A stretch of 64,000 bases of DNA from Dehalococcoidia bacterium (GCA_963665735.1 OY762444.1:2025828-2089827), one strand, 5' to 3'; positions 28,535 through 39,685 are shown, counted from the stretch's first letter. The notes: a model not told the origin generated them from the sequence alone. Numbers and translations are program-made.

Positions 28535-30223
28535 ATGGCCAAGATGAGCGGAGGAGAAGCCCTCGCGAAGTCTCTTGTAAGAGAAGGCGTCGAGGTCGTG
28601 TTCGGAATTCCGGGCATACAGATTTACGGCATTGTAGCGGCGCTGCGGGATGAGCCGGGCATTCGTATGATTACGACCCGCCACGAACAGGCGGCGGCGT
28701 ACATGGCCGACGGCTACGCCCGCGCATCGGGCCAGCCAGGGGTCGCGCTGGTGGTCCCGGGCGTGGGTCTCTACAATGCGGCCGCCGGCCTGACCAACGC
28801 CTACTCCCGCTCCACGCCCGTTCTTCTCATCGCCGGTCAGATTCCGCGCGGGGCTATCGGCAAGAACCTGGGCGCCCCCCACGAAATCGCTGACCAGGCC
28901 GGCACGGTGCGCTCCGTGACCAAGTGGCAGCGGCAAGCATCCAGGCCCCGCGAAGTACCGGGCGTCGTGTTCGAAGCGTTCAGGCAGATGCGTACCGGCC
29001 GCCCCCGTCCCGTACTTATCGAGATGCCCCCCGATGCCGGGGTGGAACGCGAAGAGGTTGAGCTGCGGAATCCCGCCCGTATCTCCAGGATAGTACCCAA
29101 TCCGCAAGACCTTCGAGAGGCCGCCCAAGTCATAGCGGAATCCAGTACGCCCCTGATATACGCGGGAGGCGGCGTGGCCCGCTCCGACGCCGAAGAAGCC
29201 CTGGTCAAGCTGGCGGAGGCGACGAACATCCCCGTTGTTACGTCCAGCGGCGGCAAGGGAACCATCCCGGACAACCATCCGCTGTCTTACGGCTCCTGCT
29301 TCAGTCCCAGAGGCGAGAGACAGGAGATGAACCAGCTCTACGAGGTGATGCAGTCCGCCGACGTGGTGATAGGAATTGGCGCGCGTTTCGCCCTTGGCAA
29401 TCCGGCCGGCGAGGCGTCCACGCTGGTGAACATCAACATTGACGACGCCGAACTAACGAGGCACCAGGCGAACACGATTCCTCTGCACGGCGACGCCGGG
29501 GCGACAATCGAGGCGTTGCTTCCCTACCTTATCAAGGCCGGGGCCGGAGGGCGTCCGTCCCCCGTCGAAGCGGTTCGCGCGGCCCGCCGGCTGATAGCCT
29601 ACTACGACATTCGACTCAAAGAGCCGCAGTACGCGGTTCTGGAGGCTATGCAGAGGGGCATCCCGGAAGATGCCTTCATAGTTTGGGACGTTACTCAACT
29701 CGGCTGGTACGCCCGCACCCACTACCAGGTCAACCACCCGAAGACGTACATAGACTCCGGCTACTCGTTCAACCTTGGCTACGCCTTTCCCACCGCGCTG
29801 GGGGTCAAGGTAGCCCAGCCCGACCGCCCGGTCATCTGCGTGGCCGGAGACGGGGGGTTCATGTTCAACTCTTCGGAGCTTTCCATCGCTGTAAAGTACG
29901 GCCTCAATGTCGTGACCGTGGTCTTCAGAAACGACTCTTACGGCAATGTTTCCAGCGACCTGGACGAGGCGTTTGGCGGAGCCTATGAGACCGACCTGCA
30001 CAACCCCGACCTGGTGAGATTCGCCGAGTCCTTCGGCGCGGTCGGCATGAGAGCGGACGACCCGATAGAGTTGGAGAAGTTGATTCCCCTGGCGTTGGAG
30101 CGGCGGAGTCCGGTGATTATTGACGTGCCCATCGGAGAAATGCCCATCCCCAGGGCCCCCCAATTAGCGCCATTTTATCGGCTGCCCTGGACCATGCCCC
30201 AAGAGGGCCTCATACAGTCCTGA
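28535..30223 (+). CDS. Thiamine-pyrophosphate-dependent enzyme (acetolactate-synthase-like family)
   Basis: FGIPG, RHEQAAAYMADGYAR, GDGGF...N TPP motif, NPD...AESFG. Confidence 0.93.
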   Translation: MAKMSGGEALAKSLVREGVEVVFGIPGIQIYGIVAALRDEPGIRMITTRHEQAAAYMADGYARASGQPGVALVVPGVGLYNAAAGLTNAYSRSTPVLLIAGQIPRGAIGKNLGAPHEIADQAGTVRSVTKWQRQASRPREVPGVVFEAFRQMRTGRPRPVLIEMPPDAGVEREEVELRNPARISRIVPNPQDLREAAQVIAESSTPLIYAGGGVARSDAEEALVKLAEATNIPVVTSSGGKGTIPDNHPLSYGSCFSPRGERQEMNQLYEVMQSADVVIGIGARFALGNPAGEASTLVNINIDDAELTRHQANTIPLHGDAGATIEALLPYLIKAGAGGRPSPVEAVRAARRLIAYYDIRLKEPQYAVLEAMQRGIPEDAFIVWDVTQLGWYARTHYQVNHPKTYIDSGYSFNLGYAFPTALGVKVAQPDRPVICVAGDGGFMFNSSELSIAVKYGLNVVTVVFRNDSYGNVSSDLDEAFGGAYETDLHNPDLVRFAESFGAVGMRADDPIELEKLIPLALERRSPVIIDVPIGEMPIPRAPQLAPFYRLPWTMPQEGLIQS

Positions 30224-30271
30224 TACGCAGTCCTGATACGCCGGTCCAGGTTTCGGGGTGACGGTGGGGGT

Positions 30272-30472
30272 TTACATTTTTATTTTCTTTTCGCCGGACA
30301 GGTAGGCGTCGGGTTCTCTTTGGAAGGCGCGGTTGCAGCCGGGGCCGCAGAAGTAGTAGGTCTGGCCCTGGTATTCGCAGCTGCCGCCGGGGGGGTTGGT
30401 GGTATCCACCTGCATATCGCATACCGGGCACAGGGCTTGGTCGGCGCGTTTTTTGAAGAAGGGGAGTCTCAT
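30272..30472 (-). CDS. YHS/TRASH-domain small protein
   Basis: CPVCDM.V...Y.G.TYYFC...C...F...P..Y; start re-called at ATG 30472. Confidence 0.85.
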   Translation of the reverse strand: MRLPFFKKRADQALCPVCDMQVDTTNPPGGSCEYQGQTYYFCGPGCNRAFQREPDAYLSGEKKIKM

Positions 30473-30765
30473 TTTTTGGCGTCTCCGTTGGGGGTTTGGA
30501 TTGGAGTGGAACCGGGGTTCACCCCCTCCCCAGCCCTCCCCCTGAATAGGGGGAGGGAGTTTTTGACTTTTCCCCACTGATGGGGGTTCTTGGCGCATCT
30601 TCTAGGGCGTGTCGCCAAAATCATCCGTTGCAGTCCTCGCATCTCCACCGTCATACCGACCTGCGCCGGTATCCAGGACTCCTTTGCTTGAAGGACGCTG
30701 TTCCGTGCTTGGAATTTCTGGATTCCGGCTTTCGCCGGAATGACGGTGGTATATGGCGACACTCC

Positions 30766-31707
30766 CTAGGAAAATTCGGAGAGGACTTGCAGGGTGCGGT
30801 CAATGGAACCTTCCCGGTCGTCGCCGGCGTGGACTACTGAGACCAGGATTTCGCCGACGCCCAAGGCTGACAGGTTTTGCAGTCCTTCCCGCACGTCGTC
30901 CTCGCCGCCGGAAATGACGGTGCCGGCAATCATACCGTCGCTCCAGGTCTCTTCGGTGGCCTCCGGGTAGCCGGCATCCACGAACATTTGTTGGTAGAAG
31001 GGCAGCCGGGGATAGTTGGAAAGCTGCTGCTGGACTGCTACCCGGATTTCGTCGCGGTTGTCGTGGACGCAGACCGGGGCGTGGGCGATGACCGGGGGCG
31101 CGGCCCGGCCGGCGGATTCCGCTCCCGCGGCCACTCCGGGCAGGGCGACTTGCTCGATGTAAGAGGACGGGCAGACCCAGGTTATCGCGCCGTCGGCCTC
31201 TTCACCGCAAGCGCGGAAGGAACCGGAACGCAGGGCCGAGGCCATGATTGGCACGTCCACCGGGGCGGGGATGGCGGCGTGGGCGTGGTAAAACTGACCG
31301 TCGAAGTCCACCGAACCCTCTTGCAACAGGGCTTTGAGGATGCGGACGTACTCGACCAGGTGGGCCAGGGGGGAACGGAAGGCGAATCCGAACATGGCGC
31401 GGGTGGTGGGCGCGTGGCTGGGGCCGACGCCAAGGCGGAAGCGGCCGGGGGCCAGTTGGGCCAGCACCTGCACCTGCTGGGCGGTGACGATGGGATGGCG
31501 GGGGTAGGTGGGGACGATGGAGGTGCCGAAGGTCATGCCGTCGAACCGTTCCGCCGCCGCGCCGAAGAGGGTCAGCCCGTCCAGGCCGGCCCCGCCGGTG
31601 GTCAGCCAGACGGCGGGGATTCCCGCCTGCTGGACGCGCTCAATGTTTGCCATGACGCCGGCCACGTCGGGGGCGGAAACCGCGACGCCGATTTTGATGT
31701 TGGTCAT
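30766..31707 (-). CDS. LLM-class flavin/F420-dependent oxidoreductase
   Basis: GTSIVPTYPRHP, GRFRLGVGPSH, P+..AL......GE.ADG. Confidence 0.92.
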   Translation of the reverse strand: MTNIKIGVAVSAPDVAGVMANIERVQQAGIPAVWLTTGGAGLDGLTLFGAAAERFDGMTFGTSIVPTYPRHPIVTAQQVQVLAQLAPGRFRLGVGPSHAPTTRAMFGFAFRSPLAHLVEYVRILKALLQEGSVDFDGQFYHAHAAIPAPVDVPIMASALRSGSFRACGEEADGAITWVCPSSYIEQVALPGVAAGAESAGRAAPPVIAHAPVCVHDNRDEIRVAVQQQLSNYPRLPFYQQMFVDAGYPEATEETWSDGMIAGTVISGGEDDVREGLQNLSALGVGEILVSVVHAGDDREGSIDRTLQVLSEFS

Positions 31708-32044
31708 TGGGGTTTGTCCTCCTGTTTGGGGATTTTCCGGGGTGTATTCCAGTTTTCGCTATTTTGACATGATTGCCCGGTAGCCGTCACCATTGCGTTG
31801 ATGGCTAACCCGTCATGCCGGCATCCGGGATTGCTTGCCCTTTTGTACGTTTCCCGTCTTGGATTTTCTGGGTTCCGGCCCCGTATCAAGTACGGGGTGA
31901 CGTTCTTTCGCCGGAATGACGGTGGAAGTGTTCCTTCGCCCCCATCCTAACATTATCCCTTAGAGTGGGAAGGGATTTGGCGGGGTTTTCACCCCCATCC
32001 TAACCTTCCCCCGTCAAGGGGGAAGGGACTTTTTCGACACGCCA

Positions 32045-32278
32045 TTACCTGCGGCTCAGGGTATTGCTGCCTTCGTCCACGTAAACGGTTTCTTCCACCA
32101 GGGAGATTTGGATTTGCTGGCGGTAAACGCCTCCGGGGATTGGCCGCTCGGCGTTGTATAGTTCCACGTTCCAGTCCACCCGGTCAACCCTGGGGCCGCC
32201 AGCCAGGGACTCGCGGAGGATGCGGCCTTCCATTTTAACGCCGGGGTCTATTCCCAGCAGATGCAAAACGGTGGGGGG
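32045..32278 (-). pseudogene. Duplicated 3' end (~230 bp) of the alkaline-phosphatase-family gene at 42231-43697
   Basis: Near-identical to 42231-42463 (HLLGIDPG...VDEGS). Confidence 0.9.
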
Positions 32279-32389
32279 GTGCCAACGCGCGTTGGCAACC
32301 CCCTATTATGTGACCAACGCGGATAGAACGGGCTGGATTGACTATCTGTTATTGCCCGGAGTTTTGCAATTTCCTACTAATTCTCCTGG

Positions 32390-32419
32390 TTGACAAGAAC
32401 GGCGCTGGCGGTGTATGTT
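32390..32419 (+). promoter_or_regulatory. Sigma70-like promoter
   Basis: TTGACA-N18-TATGTT. Confidence 0.4.
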
Positions 32420-32465
32420 GCCTAGTTGGTACATTGTCTCATTAAAATCTGAAGGGGGATGCTGT

Positions 32466-32745
32466 ATGAATACGCAGCGCCAAGTACCTGTTACCGTCCT
32501 CGCCAACTTCCCCGGCTCTGGCAGGACGACCCTGCTCAACCGAATCTTGACTGAGCAGCGTGGAACCGGACGGGTACATGGCCCCGAGCAAGGCTACATC
32601 CGATGTGGGCGCAGGTACCCTGATGGTGGTCATCGGCCCCAACGGAGCGGGTAAGAACGCCTGGTTCAATGCAATTGCCGGGCTGCTCCCCGTTCACCAG
32701 GGGGGAGTGACCCTTGGCAAGGTGGGCCGGCGAAGACGGGCGTAG
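32466..32745 (+). pseudogene. Chimeric remnant: degenerate COG0523 GTPase 5' end followed by a metal-ABC ATPase Walker A fragment
   Basis: [28 protein letters not shown] mirrors the start at 32850; then VIGPNGAGK...IAGLL...G.V in another frame. Confidence 0.75.
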
Positions 32746-32849
32746 GCCCAGGCCCTCCGGCTAGTTGCAGTGGCATTTCAATGACGTCGTCGTCCAGCTA
32801 CGCTTTTGAGCGATACATTGTATCAACAAAAACAGAAGGGGGATTCAAT

Positions 32850-34277
32850 ATGAACACGCAGCGTAAAGTACCAGTTACCATCCTCACCGGCTTCCTCGGT
32901 TCCGGCAAGACTACCCTACTCAACAGAATCCTGAGCGAGGAGCACGGCAAGCGCATCGCCGTGATTGAAAACGAATTTGGGGAGGTCGGCATTGACCAGG
33001 CCCTCGTCATCAACGCCGACGAAGAGGTCTTCGAGATGTCGAACGGTTGCATCTGCTGCACGGTGCGCGGAGACCTGATTCGGGTGCTCAACAATCTCAA
33101 CAAGCGCCGCGACAAGTTCGACTATGTGTTGGTGGAAACCACGGGGCTAGCCGATCCCGGCCCGGTCGCGCAGACGTTCTTCATGGACGACGAGCTTCGC
33201 GCCGAATACGCGCTTGACGGGATAGTCACGCTCGTTGATGCAGCCCACATTAACCAGCAGCTTGGCCGAAGCGCCGAAAGCACCGAGCAAATCGCGTTCG
33301 CAGACGTCCTCGTCCTCAACAAGACGGACCTGGTCAACGGCGAGACCCTTGACAGCCTGGAAGCTCGACTTCGAGGCATGAATCGAATGGCCCGAGTCGT
33401 CCGCAGCGAGCGAGCGAACGTACCCGTGGACACTGTGCTCGACCTCAGCGCCTTCGACCTGGAGCAGGTGCTCGAGCGTCGGCCCACCTTCCTCGAGCCG
33501 GAGTATCCCTTCGAATGGACGGGGGTCTATTCCCTCGCTGCCGGCCGCTACGAACTCAACCTTTCCGACGGGCCTGACCCGGCAATGTCGCTGATCGTCG
33601 TGCCTGACCAGGGCACGGATGACGCTGCCCTCCGGGAGAGCGCGGAGTGGTGTGTGCGGCAGTACGCCGAACCTGCGAAGGTCGTTCATCCAGGGGAAGA
33701 GATTCCGGTGGGTGAGCACGCGAACCTCCGGCTCGATGTTCCAGGACGCAAGTCCTTCTTCATTGCCGTGGATACGCCGGGGCGGTTTGGCCTCTACGCC
33801 CAGCACCTCCCGGAGGAGTTCAATCTCCAACTGAGGAACGCAGATGGAGAGGCTTTCCAAATGGGGGGCAACTTTTGCGCCGAGCCTGCCTGCACCGAGA
33901 CAGAGACAGACACACGACGCATCAAGGGAGCGGCGGTTCCCTTCGAGGCTGACCGAACCTGGGTCGCGCAGCACGAGCATGACGACGAGGTGGGGTCTAT
34001 CTCTATCGAGATAGACGGCGATGCCGATCCTGAAAAGCTCAACGCCTGGCTGGGCCAACTGCTCCGGGAGCGCGGGGTGGACATCTTCCGAATGAAGGGC
34101 TTCATCAGCGTCGCGGGGCAGTCGCGCCGCTTCGTCTTCCAAGGGGTTCATATGCTCTTTGACGGCCAGCCGGATCAAGAATGGGGGGACGCGCCCCGCC
34201 GCAACCAACTGGTCTTCATCGGCCGCAACCTGGATGGACAGAGTATGCGGGAGGGGTTCGAATCATGCCTGATTTAG
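32850..34277 (+). CDS. COG0523 (CobW/ZigA-type) G3E GTPase metallochaperone
   Basis: [30 protein letters not shown], CobW_C R.KG...QGVH...LVFIGRNLD. Confidence 0.95.
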   Translation: MNTQRKVPVTILTGFLGSGKTTLLNRILSEEHGKRIAVIENEFGEVGIDQALVINADEEVFEMSNGCICCTVRGDLIRVLNNLNKRRDKFDYVLVETTGLADPGPVAQTFFMDDELRAEYALDGIVTLVDAAHINQQLGRSAESTEQIAFADVLVLNKTDLVNGETLDSLEARLRGMNRMARVVRSERANVPVDTVLDLSAFDLEQVLERRPTFLEPEYPFEWTGVYSLAAGRYELNLSDGPDPAMSLIVVPDQGTDDAALRESAEWCVRQYAEPAKVVHPGEEIPVGEHANLRLDVPGRKSFFIAVDTPGRFGLYAQHLPEEFNLQLRNADGEAFQMGGNFCAEPACTETETDTRRIKGAAVPFEADRTWVAQHEHDDEVGSISIEIDGDADPEKLNAWLGQLLRERGVDIFRMKGFISVAGQSRRFVFQGVHMLFDGQPDQEWGDAPRRNQLVFIGRNLDGQSMREGFESCLI

Positions 34278-35365
34278 ATGCCGGCAGCCAAATGGGCGTT
34301 CTTAACCCGGGCTGGTCTGCGGCGGTAGGCGACTACGCTATCGCCGGGGGGTGGAGCCTGCGTGGTGAGGCGCTAGTGGTCGGCGACGCCGAGGGTGGCG
34401 TTTACGCCTTTGACGGCAAGTCCGGCGCGACCGCTTGGGAGCGGCCCCGAGTTCATGACGGTGGTATGCTCTCGATGGCAGTCCACCCCAGCGGAGCCGC
34501 GTTAGCCACGGCCGGCCAGGATGGACAGGTGTTAATCTGGGACGCCGCCGAAGGTCAGGTTAGCCGGGCTGTCGCCGTCGGCAGCGATTGGGTGGAAAAC
34601 GTGACGTGGTCGCCGGACGGCCAATGGTTGGCGGCCTCCTGCTCCCGGCAGGTTCATGTTTATGACAAGGACGGCGCCGAGGTATGGCGGTCTGATAATC
34701 ATCCCAGCACCGTCAGCGCGGTCGCCTGGTCAGGCGTAGGCGAATTGGCGACGGCCTGTTACGGTCGAGTGACGTTCTTCAGAGCAGCCACCGGCGAGCT
34801 TCGCCAAAAGCTGGAGTGGCAGGGGTCCCTGGTGTCAATGGTGCTAAGCTCGGATGGGGGTATCGTAGTCTGCGGCAGCCAGGACAACTCGGTGCACTTC
34901 TGGCGTCGCTCCACGGGGCAGGACTCCGAGATGTTTGGATATCCTGGCAAGCCCTCGGCCCTGGCTTTCGATGACACCGGCACCCTTTTGGCCACCGGCG
35001 GAGGGGAGGCGGTGACGGTCTGGAGCTTTCGGAGAAAGGGTCCCGAAGGCACGCGGCCCGGCGTCCTGGATTTTCACATTCTACCCATTACGACTCTTGC
35101 CTTCGCTCCCGGGTCGATGCGTCTGGCATCGGGGGGGCGTGATGGCGCCGTGGTTGTGTGGTCCCTGCAAAGAAATGGAAAGGGCGGCCCGATAGGGGCC
35201 GAGAATGTGGGGGACGCAGTGGCGAAGCTGTACTGGCATCCCAATGGGGACGCGCTGGCTGCCCTCGACGCCCAGGGCGGCGTGACGGTTTGGCAGATAG
35301 GACAAACCAGAGGCCGAATCAGACGCCCACGCCCGGAGCCTGGCCCCAGTGCGGACAGCGGCTGA
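34265..35365 (+). CDS. WD40-repeat protein
   Basis: Repeated [26 protein letters not shown] and [11 protein letters not shown]; overlaps the GTPase stop. Confidence 0.9.
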   Translation: MPDLDAGSQMGVLNPGWSAAVGDYAIAGGWSLRGEALVVGDAEGGVYAFDGKSGATAWERPRVHDGGMLSMAVHPSGAALATAGQDGQVLIWDAAEGQVSRAVAVGSDWVENVTWSPDGQWLAASCSRQVHVYDKDGAEVWRSDNHPSTVSAVAWSGVGELATACYGRVTFFRAATGELRQKLEWQGSLVSMVLSSDGGIVVCGSQDNSVHFWRRSTGQDSEMFGYPGKPSALAFDDTGTLLATGGGEAVTVWSFRRKGPEGTRPGVLDFHILPITTLAFAPGSMRLASGGRDGAVVVWSLQRNGKGGPIGAENVGDAVAKLYWHPNGDALAALDAQGGVTVWQIGQTRGRIRRPRPEPGPSADSG

Positions 35366-35453
35366 CTGTCCGACCACCCATCGGGCAATCCTACCCGTTG
35401 CCCCTGAACCAGGCATCAGCACTTACGTATCAAAACCCATTTGGAGGACCGTT

Positions 35454-37166
35454 TTGCCAAAAATAATGATACATAGTGTCAACAGTATTATTCCGGGGGC
35501 GTTGGCCCTGTTGATGGTGTTGGCATTGGCCTGCGGGGCCGCAGCCCCTGCTACGGAAAACGCCCCGGCGCCCGCAGCAACCGCAGCGCCGGCGCTTCCG
35601 ACAGCAACCACGGCTCAACAACAATCTTCGCCAGCGACCGGAGCATCGGAACAGCCGGCGGCTCCGGCGGCAACGACCGATGATGGGGAACGTCCCATCC
35701 TGAACGCTGGCGTCATCTGGTTGGACAGTCCCCTGGACCCGGTGGAGAGCGGCTGGGTCGCCAACCAATCGGGAATGTCGGAGAACCTGTTCCGACTGTC
35801 AGGAACCACCCTCAGCCCCGAACCTTGGCTGGCGACGGAGGCCACTCAAGTGGACTCCCTGACCTGGAAGATAGGGATCCGGACGGGTGTCAAATTCCAC
35901 AACGGGAACGTGATGGATGCCCAAGCGGTCAAGGCTTCCCTGGAAAGGGCTATCCGATTGTCGCCGGCGTCTGCCGATATATTGTCCCTGGACACCATAA
36001 CGGTCGAGGACGAGCAAACCATCACCATCACAACGACGGCGCCACAACCCACACTTCCGGGCCTGTTGATTACGCCGTCGCTGGCCATTACCGACGCGGC
36101 GGCAGCGGACACCGCCGGCGAGGGCAATATCATTGCAGCGCGCGCCCTTACCGGGCCGTACATTCCCACCGAATACGTCCAGTTGGAACACCTTGACAGC
36201 GTAGCCAACGACGAATACTGGGGTGGAGCGCCCCCGCTGGCCGGCATCAATCACATCGCCATTCCCGACACCAACAGCCGGGAGCTGGCCCTGCAAGCCG
36301 GGGACATTGACGTTGCTATCAACGTATCACCGGATGGAGCCCGGGCCATTAACGCCCACCAAGGCACACACACCCAGACCGCCGGCATCGGCACGTCCCT
36401 GGTCCTGTGGTGGGTCAATTTCGAGCGCGGCACGCTGGCCGACCCTCTGGTACGCCGGGCGGTGGCCCACGCCATTGACCGGGAGAGCATCGCCGGCTTG
36501 GTCGCCCCCGCCGGCTCCGGGTCCTTCGCCGAACTGCTACTCCCGGAAGTCCTGGCGCCCTGTCCCGACGTGAGCGCGCCGGGCTACGACCCTGACGAAG
36601 CCCGCGATTTGCTGGCGCAGGCCGGCTATGTCGACAGCGACGGCGACGGAATCCTGGACAAGGAGGGTCAGCCCCTGGAAATTATTATCGGCGGTTATCC
36701 CGAGCGGTTCCAGCTGCCTATCATGGCCGAGGCCGCCCAGTCCATGCTGGCCGACGTGGGCATCAAGGCCGAAGTGCTTATCACCGAATGGTCGGTGGTC
36801 AAGGAACCCGCCTGGGACCTCTTCGGCTGGTACAACGGTGTGGTGCAGGCCGGGGGAGACCCGGTGTTTAACATCAGCAAGTTCGCCGGGTTGAGGGCCG
36901 ACGCCGGCGGCAGCGGGGCCAACAACTATGGTCACTACGACAATTCCGGTCTCGCGGACATAGTTGCCCCCTCCGTCTCGGTGGCCGATCTGGAGGGTCG
37001 AAAGCAGATTGCCTGCGAGGCTCTGGCGGTAATCACCGAAGAAACGGCATTCTTGCCGGTGGCGCACGTGAATATGGCGTACGGTGTCAGTGACCGGGTC
37101 ACCGATTTCGAGGCCCACCCATCCAGTCTGTATTTCTTCAACCACCGCGTCGGGCTAAGCGAGTGA
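35454..37166 (+). CDS. ABC transporter substrate-binding lipoprotein, family 5 (nickel/metallophore/peptide)
   Basis: Lipobox LALAC, PA-rich linker, P.LA..., GVKFHNG..DA..VK.S, VRRAVAHAIDR; TTG start behind GGAGG. Confidence 0.9.
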   Translation: MPKIMIHSVNSIIPGALALLMVLALACGAAAPATENAPAPAATAAPALPTATTAQQQSSPATGASEQPAAPAATTDDGERPILNAGVIWLDSPLDPVESGWVANQSGMSENLFRLSGTTLSPEPWLATEATQVDSLTWKIGIRTGVKFHNGNVMDAQAVKASLERAIRLSPASADILSLDTITVEDEQTITITTTAPQPTLPGLLITPSLAITDAAAADTAGEGNIIAARALTGPYIPTEYVQLEHLDSVANDEYWGGAPPLAGINHIAIPDTNSRELALQAGDIDVAINVSPDGARAINAHQGTHTQTAGIGTSLVLWWVNFERGTLADPLVRRAVAHAIDRESIAGLVAPAGSGSFAELLLPEVLAPCPDVSAPGYDPDEARDLLAQAGYVDSDGDGILDKEGQPLEIIIGGYPERFQLPIMAEAAQSMLADVGIKAEVLITEWSVVKEPAWDLFGWYNGVVQAGGDPVFNISKFAGLRADAGGSGANNYGHYDNSGLADIVAPSVSVADLEGRKQIACEALAVITEETAFLPVAHVNMAYGVSDRVTDFEAHPSSLYFFNHRVGLSE

Positions 37167-37207
37167 TGACGGAAAGGCATGGCTGACCCAGATAGAGTAT
37201 TCCAGGC

Positions 37208-38155
37208 ATGGGAGCATACCTAGTCCGACGGTTGGCCACACTGCCGCTGCTGCTGTTGGGAATCTCGGCGGTCAGCTTCGCGCTGCTGAACGTGGCGCCG
37301 GGAGATCCCGCCGAGATGGCCCTGCGCCATCGCAACCCCGGCCAGATGCCCAGCCCGGCCGCAGTGGCAGCCATGCGCGCCGAGCTGGGCCTGGATGCGC
37401 CCCTTCTAGTGCAATACACTCGCTGGATGTCCCGGGCGTTGGCGGGCGACATGGGCCGTTCCTACGTGACCGAGCAGCCGGTGGCAGCCCAGTTGGCGCG
37501 CCGCACCGCCCCGACGGCCCTGCTCACCGCGGCGGCCCTGGGGCTGGCGCTGCTGGTCGCCGTACCCGTAGGCATCCTGTCCGCTCAGCAAAGGGGCAGC
37601 GCCTTGGATTCCGTCGTCCGCCTGGCGGCGCTGGTGGGCGCGGCGGCTCCGTCCTACGCCCTGGCCTTCGGACTAATCATCCTGTTCGCGGTGAAACTGT
37701 CCTGGTTGCCAACCCTGGGCTACGGGTCGCCTGCCCAGATAGTACTGCCGGCCATCGCGCTGTCCCTGGCGCCCATGGCTCAGCTAATGCGACTGATACG
37801 GGCCAGTATGCTGGAAACCCTGGGTCAGGACTACATCCGCACGGCGCGGGCCAAGGGACTGCCCGAACAGACCGTCGCCACCGGGCACGCCCTGCACAAC
37901 GCGCTGCTGCCGGCCATCGGAGCCACCGGAGTTAACCTGGGCTACCTGCTCGGCGGCGCCGTGATAGTGGAGACCATCTTCACCTGGCCCGGCTTGGGTC
38001 AGTTGATGGTGGGCGCGGCGATGACCCGGGACTACCCCGTGGTCCAGGGGTTCGTAACTTACATTGCCGTGGTAGTGCTTCTGGCCAACCTGGCGGCTGA
38101 CATTGCCCTCCGCATCGCAGACCCGCGCCTGGGCTACGAACGGGGCGAGGTTTAA
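37208..38155 (+). CDS. ABC permease, DppB/NikB type
   Basis: PGDPA, LGLD.P...QY, DYIRTARAKGL, RDYPVVQG. Confidence 0.93.
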   Translation: MGAYLVRRLATLPLLLLGISAVSFALLNVAPGDPAEMALRHRNPGQMPSPAAVAAMRAELGLDAPLLVQYTRWMSRALAGDMGRSYVTEQPVAAQLARRTAPTALLTAAALGLALLVAVPVGILSAQQRGSALDSVVRLAALVGAAAPSYALAFGLIILFAVKLSWLPTLGYGSPAQIVLPAIALSLAPMAQLMRLIRASMLETLGQDYIRTARAKGLPEQTVATGHALHNALLPAIGATGVNLGYLLGGAVIVETIFTWPGLGQLMVGAAMTRDYPVVQGFVTYIAVVVLLANLAADIALRIADPRLGYERGEV

Positions 38156-38161
38156 CGGATA

Positions 38162-39067
38162 ATGATTGGCAATACCCAAACGGTCAGGGAACGGTTCCCC
38201 TCCACCGTCATCCTCGGCGGTTCCCGACGACGCCGGCAGTGGACCCGGCTGCTGCGGGAACCGGGAACCGCCCTGGGGCTGTTTCTGGTGACGACCCTCC
38301 TGCTGGCGGGACTGGTGGCGCCCTGGCTTCCCCTGGATGACCCAACCCGTATCAACCTGTCTAACAGACTGCTCCCGCCGTCCCTGGAAAATCCTCTGGG
38401 AACCGACCACCTGGGCCGGGACACCTTCAGCCGCATTGTCCACGGCGCCCGTATGACCCTGCTGGCCGCCGCGGCCACCCTGGCCCTCAGCATGACCATC
38501 GCGTTGGCGGTGGGCATAGTGTCCGGATACCACGGCGGCTGGACAGACACGGCGTTGATGGGGGTAGTGGACCTGTTGCTGGCCTTTCCTTCGCTAATCC
38601 TGGCGCTGGCCGTGGCCGGCGCTTTGGGCCCCGGTCTGTTCAACGTGCTGCTGGCCGCCGGGGCCGTGTGGTGGGTCGGCCACGCCCGCATCATTCGCGG
38701 GATAACCCTGGGGGCGCGACGGATGGAGTACGTGACGGCGGCGCGGGCCGCCGGGGCTGGCAACCTGCGCATCATTTTCCGGCACATCGCGCCGAATATC
38801 CTTGGCCCCATCGTCGTAATCGCCTCTCTGGATGTCGGCTGGATCATCCTGGGAATCGCCGGTCTCAACTTCCTTGGGCTTGGGGCGCAGCCGCCCACGC
38901 CGGAGTGGGGCGCCATGCTCAACGACGCCCGCCCTCACTTGCAGACCGCGCCCCGCCTGCTGCTTTTGCCGGGGTTGGCTATCTTCATCGCGGTATTGGG
39001 GTTCAACCTGCTGGGGGACGGCCTGCGGGACCTGCTGGACCCCCGTATCCGACGACCACGGGGCTGA
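38162..39067 (+). CDS. ABC permease, DppC/NikC type
   Basis: LGTDHLGRD, EYV.AARA.GA, PPTPEWG.ML, GDGLRDLLDP. Confidence 0.93.
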   Translation: MIGNTQTVRERFPSTVILGGSRRRRQWTRLLREPGTALGLFLVTTLLLAGLVAPWLPLDDPTRINLSNRLLPPSLENPLGTDHLGRDTFSRIVHGARMTLLAAAATLALSMTIALAVGIVSGYHGGWTDTALMGVVDLLLAFPSLILALAVAGALGPGLFNVLLAAGAVWWVGHARIIRGITLGARRMEYVTAARAAGAGNLRIIFRHIAPNILGPIVVIASLDVGWIILGIAGLNFLGLGAQPPTPEWGAMLNDARPHLQTAPRLLLLPGLAIFIAVLGFNLLGDGLRDLLDPRIRRPRG

Positions 39068-39526
39068 CCGGGGAGGAGGAAGCTCCTTATGCGCCAGTCG
39101 GTTCAGGCAAGTCCAGTCTTGCAACTTCGGTCGAATTCCTCGCGGCAAGAAATTCTTTCGGCAGCGGAGACTGGCTGAAGATAGAGTTGATGCTCTTCGG
39201 CGGGGCTTTCCTGATTCTACTCCCTTGACCTTCATTGGTTGATGTTCTCCTCTTCCGGGTTGGTTCTTAGATGAAGAAGGGAATGGACAGGACGGCTCCC
39301 GAGAGTACGGATCCCGTTATCGCCGTCATGGCGTATATTGCCGCCGTCGCTTGCACCGGCACCCGCCATTTGTGAATGGTGCTGTCGGGGGAAATGGATA
39401 TGACGGTGGGCGTGGTTACCGCTCCGGCGATTCCCAGCGCCAGGGTCAGGATGTTGAAGGTCGCTCTGGCAACTCGGTTGTTTCGAGTTTCCATCCTTCT
39501 CTCCTTTCGCCCGTTGCCCGGGAGTA

Positions 39527-39685
39527 TCACGCCGTTAGTTCCATAGTTGCCAGGTCGAGGGCGCCGCGAGCGGTGTAGTGGGGTTTGCCCCGGCGCTCCT
39601 CCAGTGTCTCCTCCATGATTCCCCGGATCGGCTTTCCCTTGACTACTTCCAACAGCTTTTGCCGGTCGGTCTTTCGCTTTCGCAT
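39527..39685 (-). CDS. Small basic protein divergent from an XRE remnant (mobile-element regulator-like)
   Basis: MRKRKTDRQKLLE...; GGAGG RBS; divergent promoter region with TGgTATAAT at 39799. Confidence 0.4.
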   Translation of the reverse strand: MRKRKTDRQKLLEVVKGKPIRGIMEETLEERRGKPHYTARGALDLATMELTA

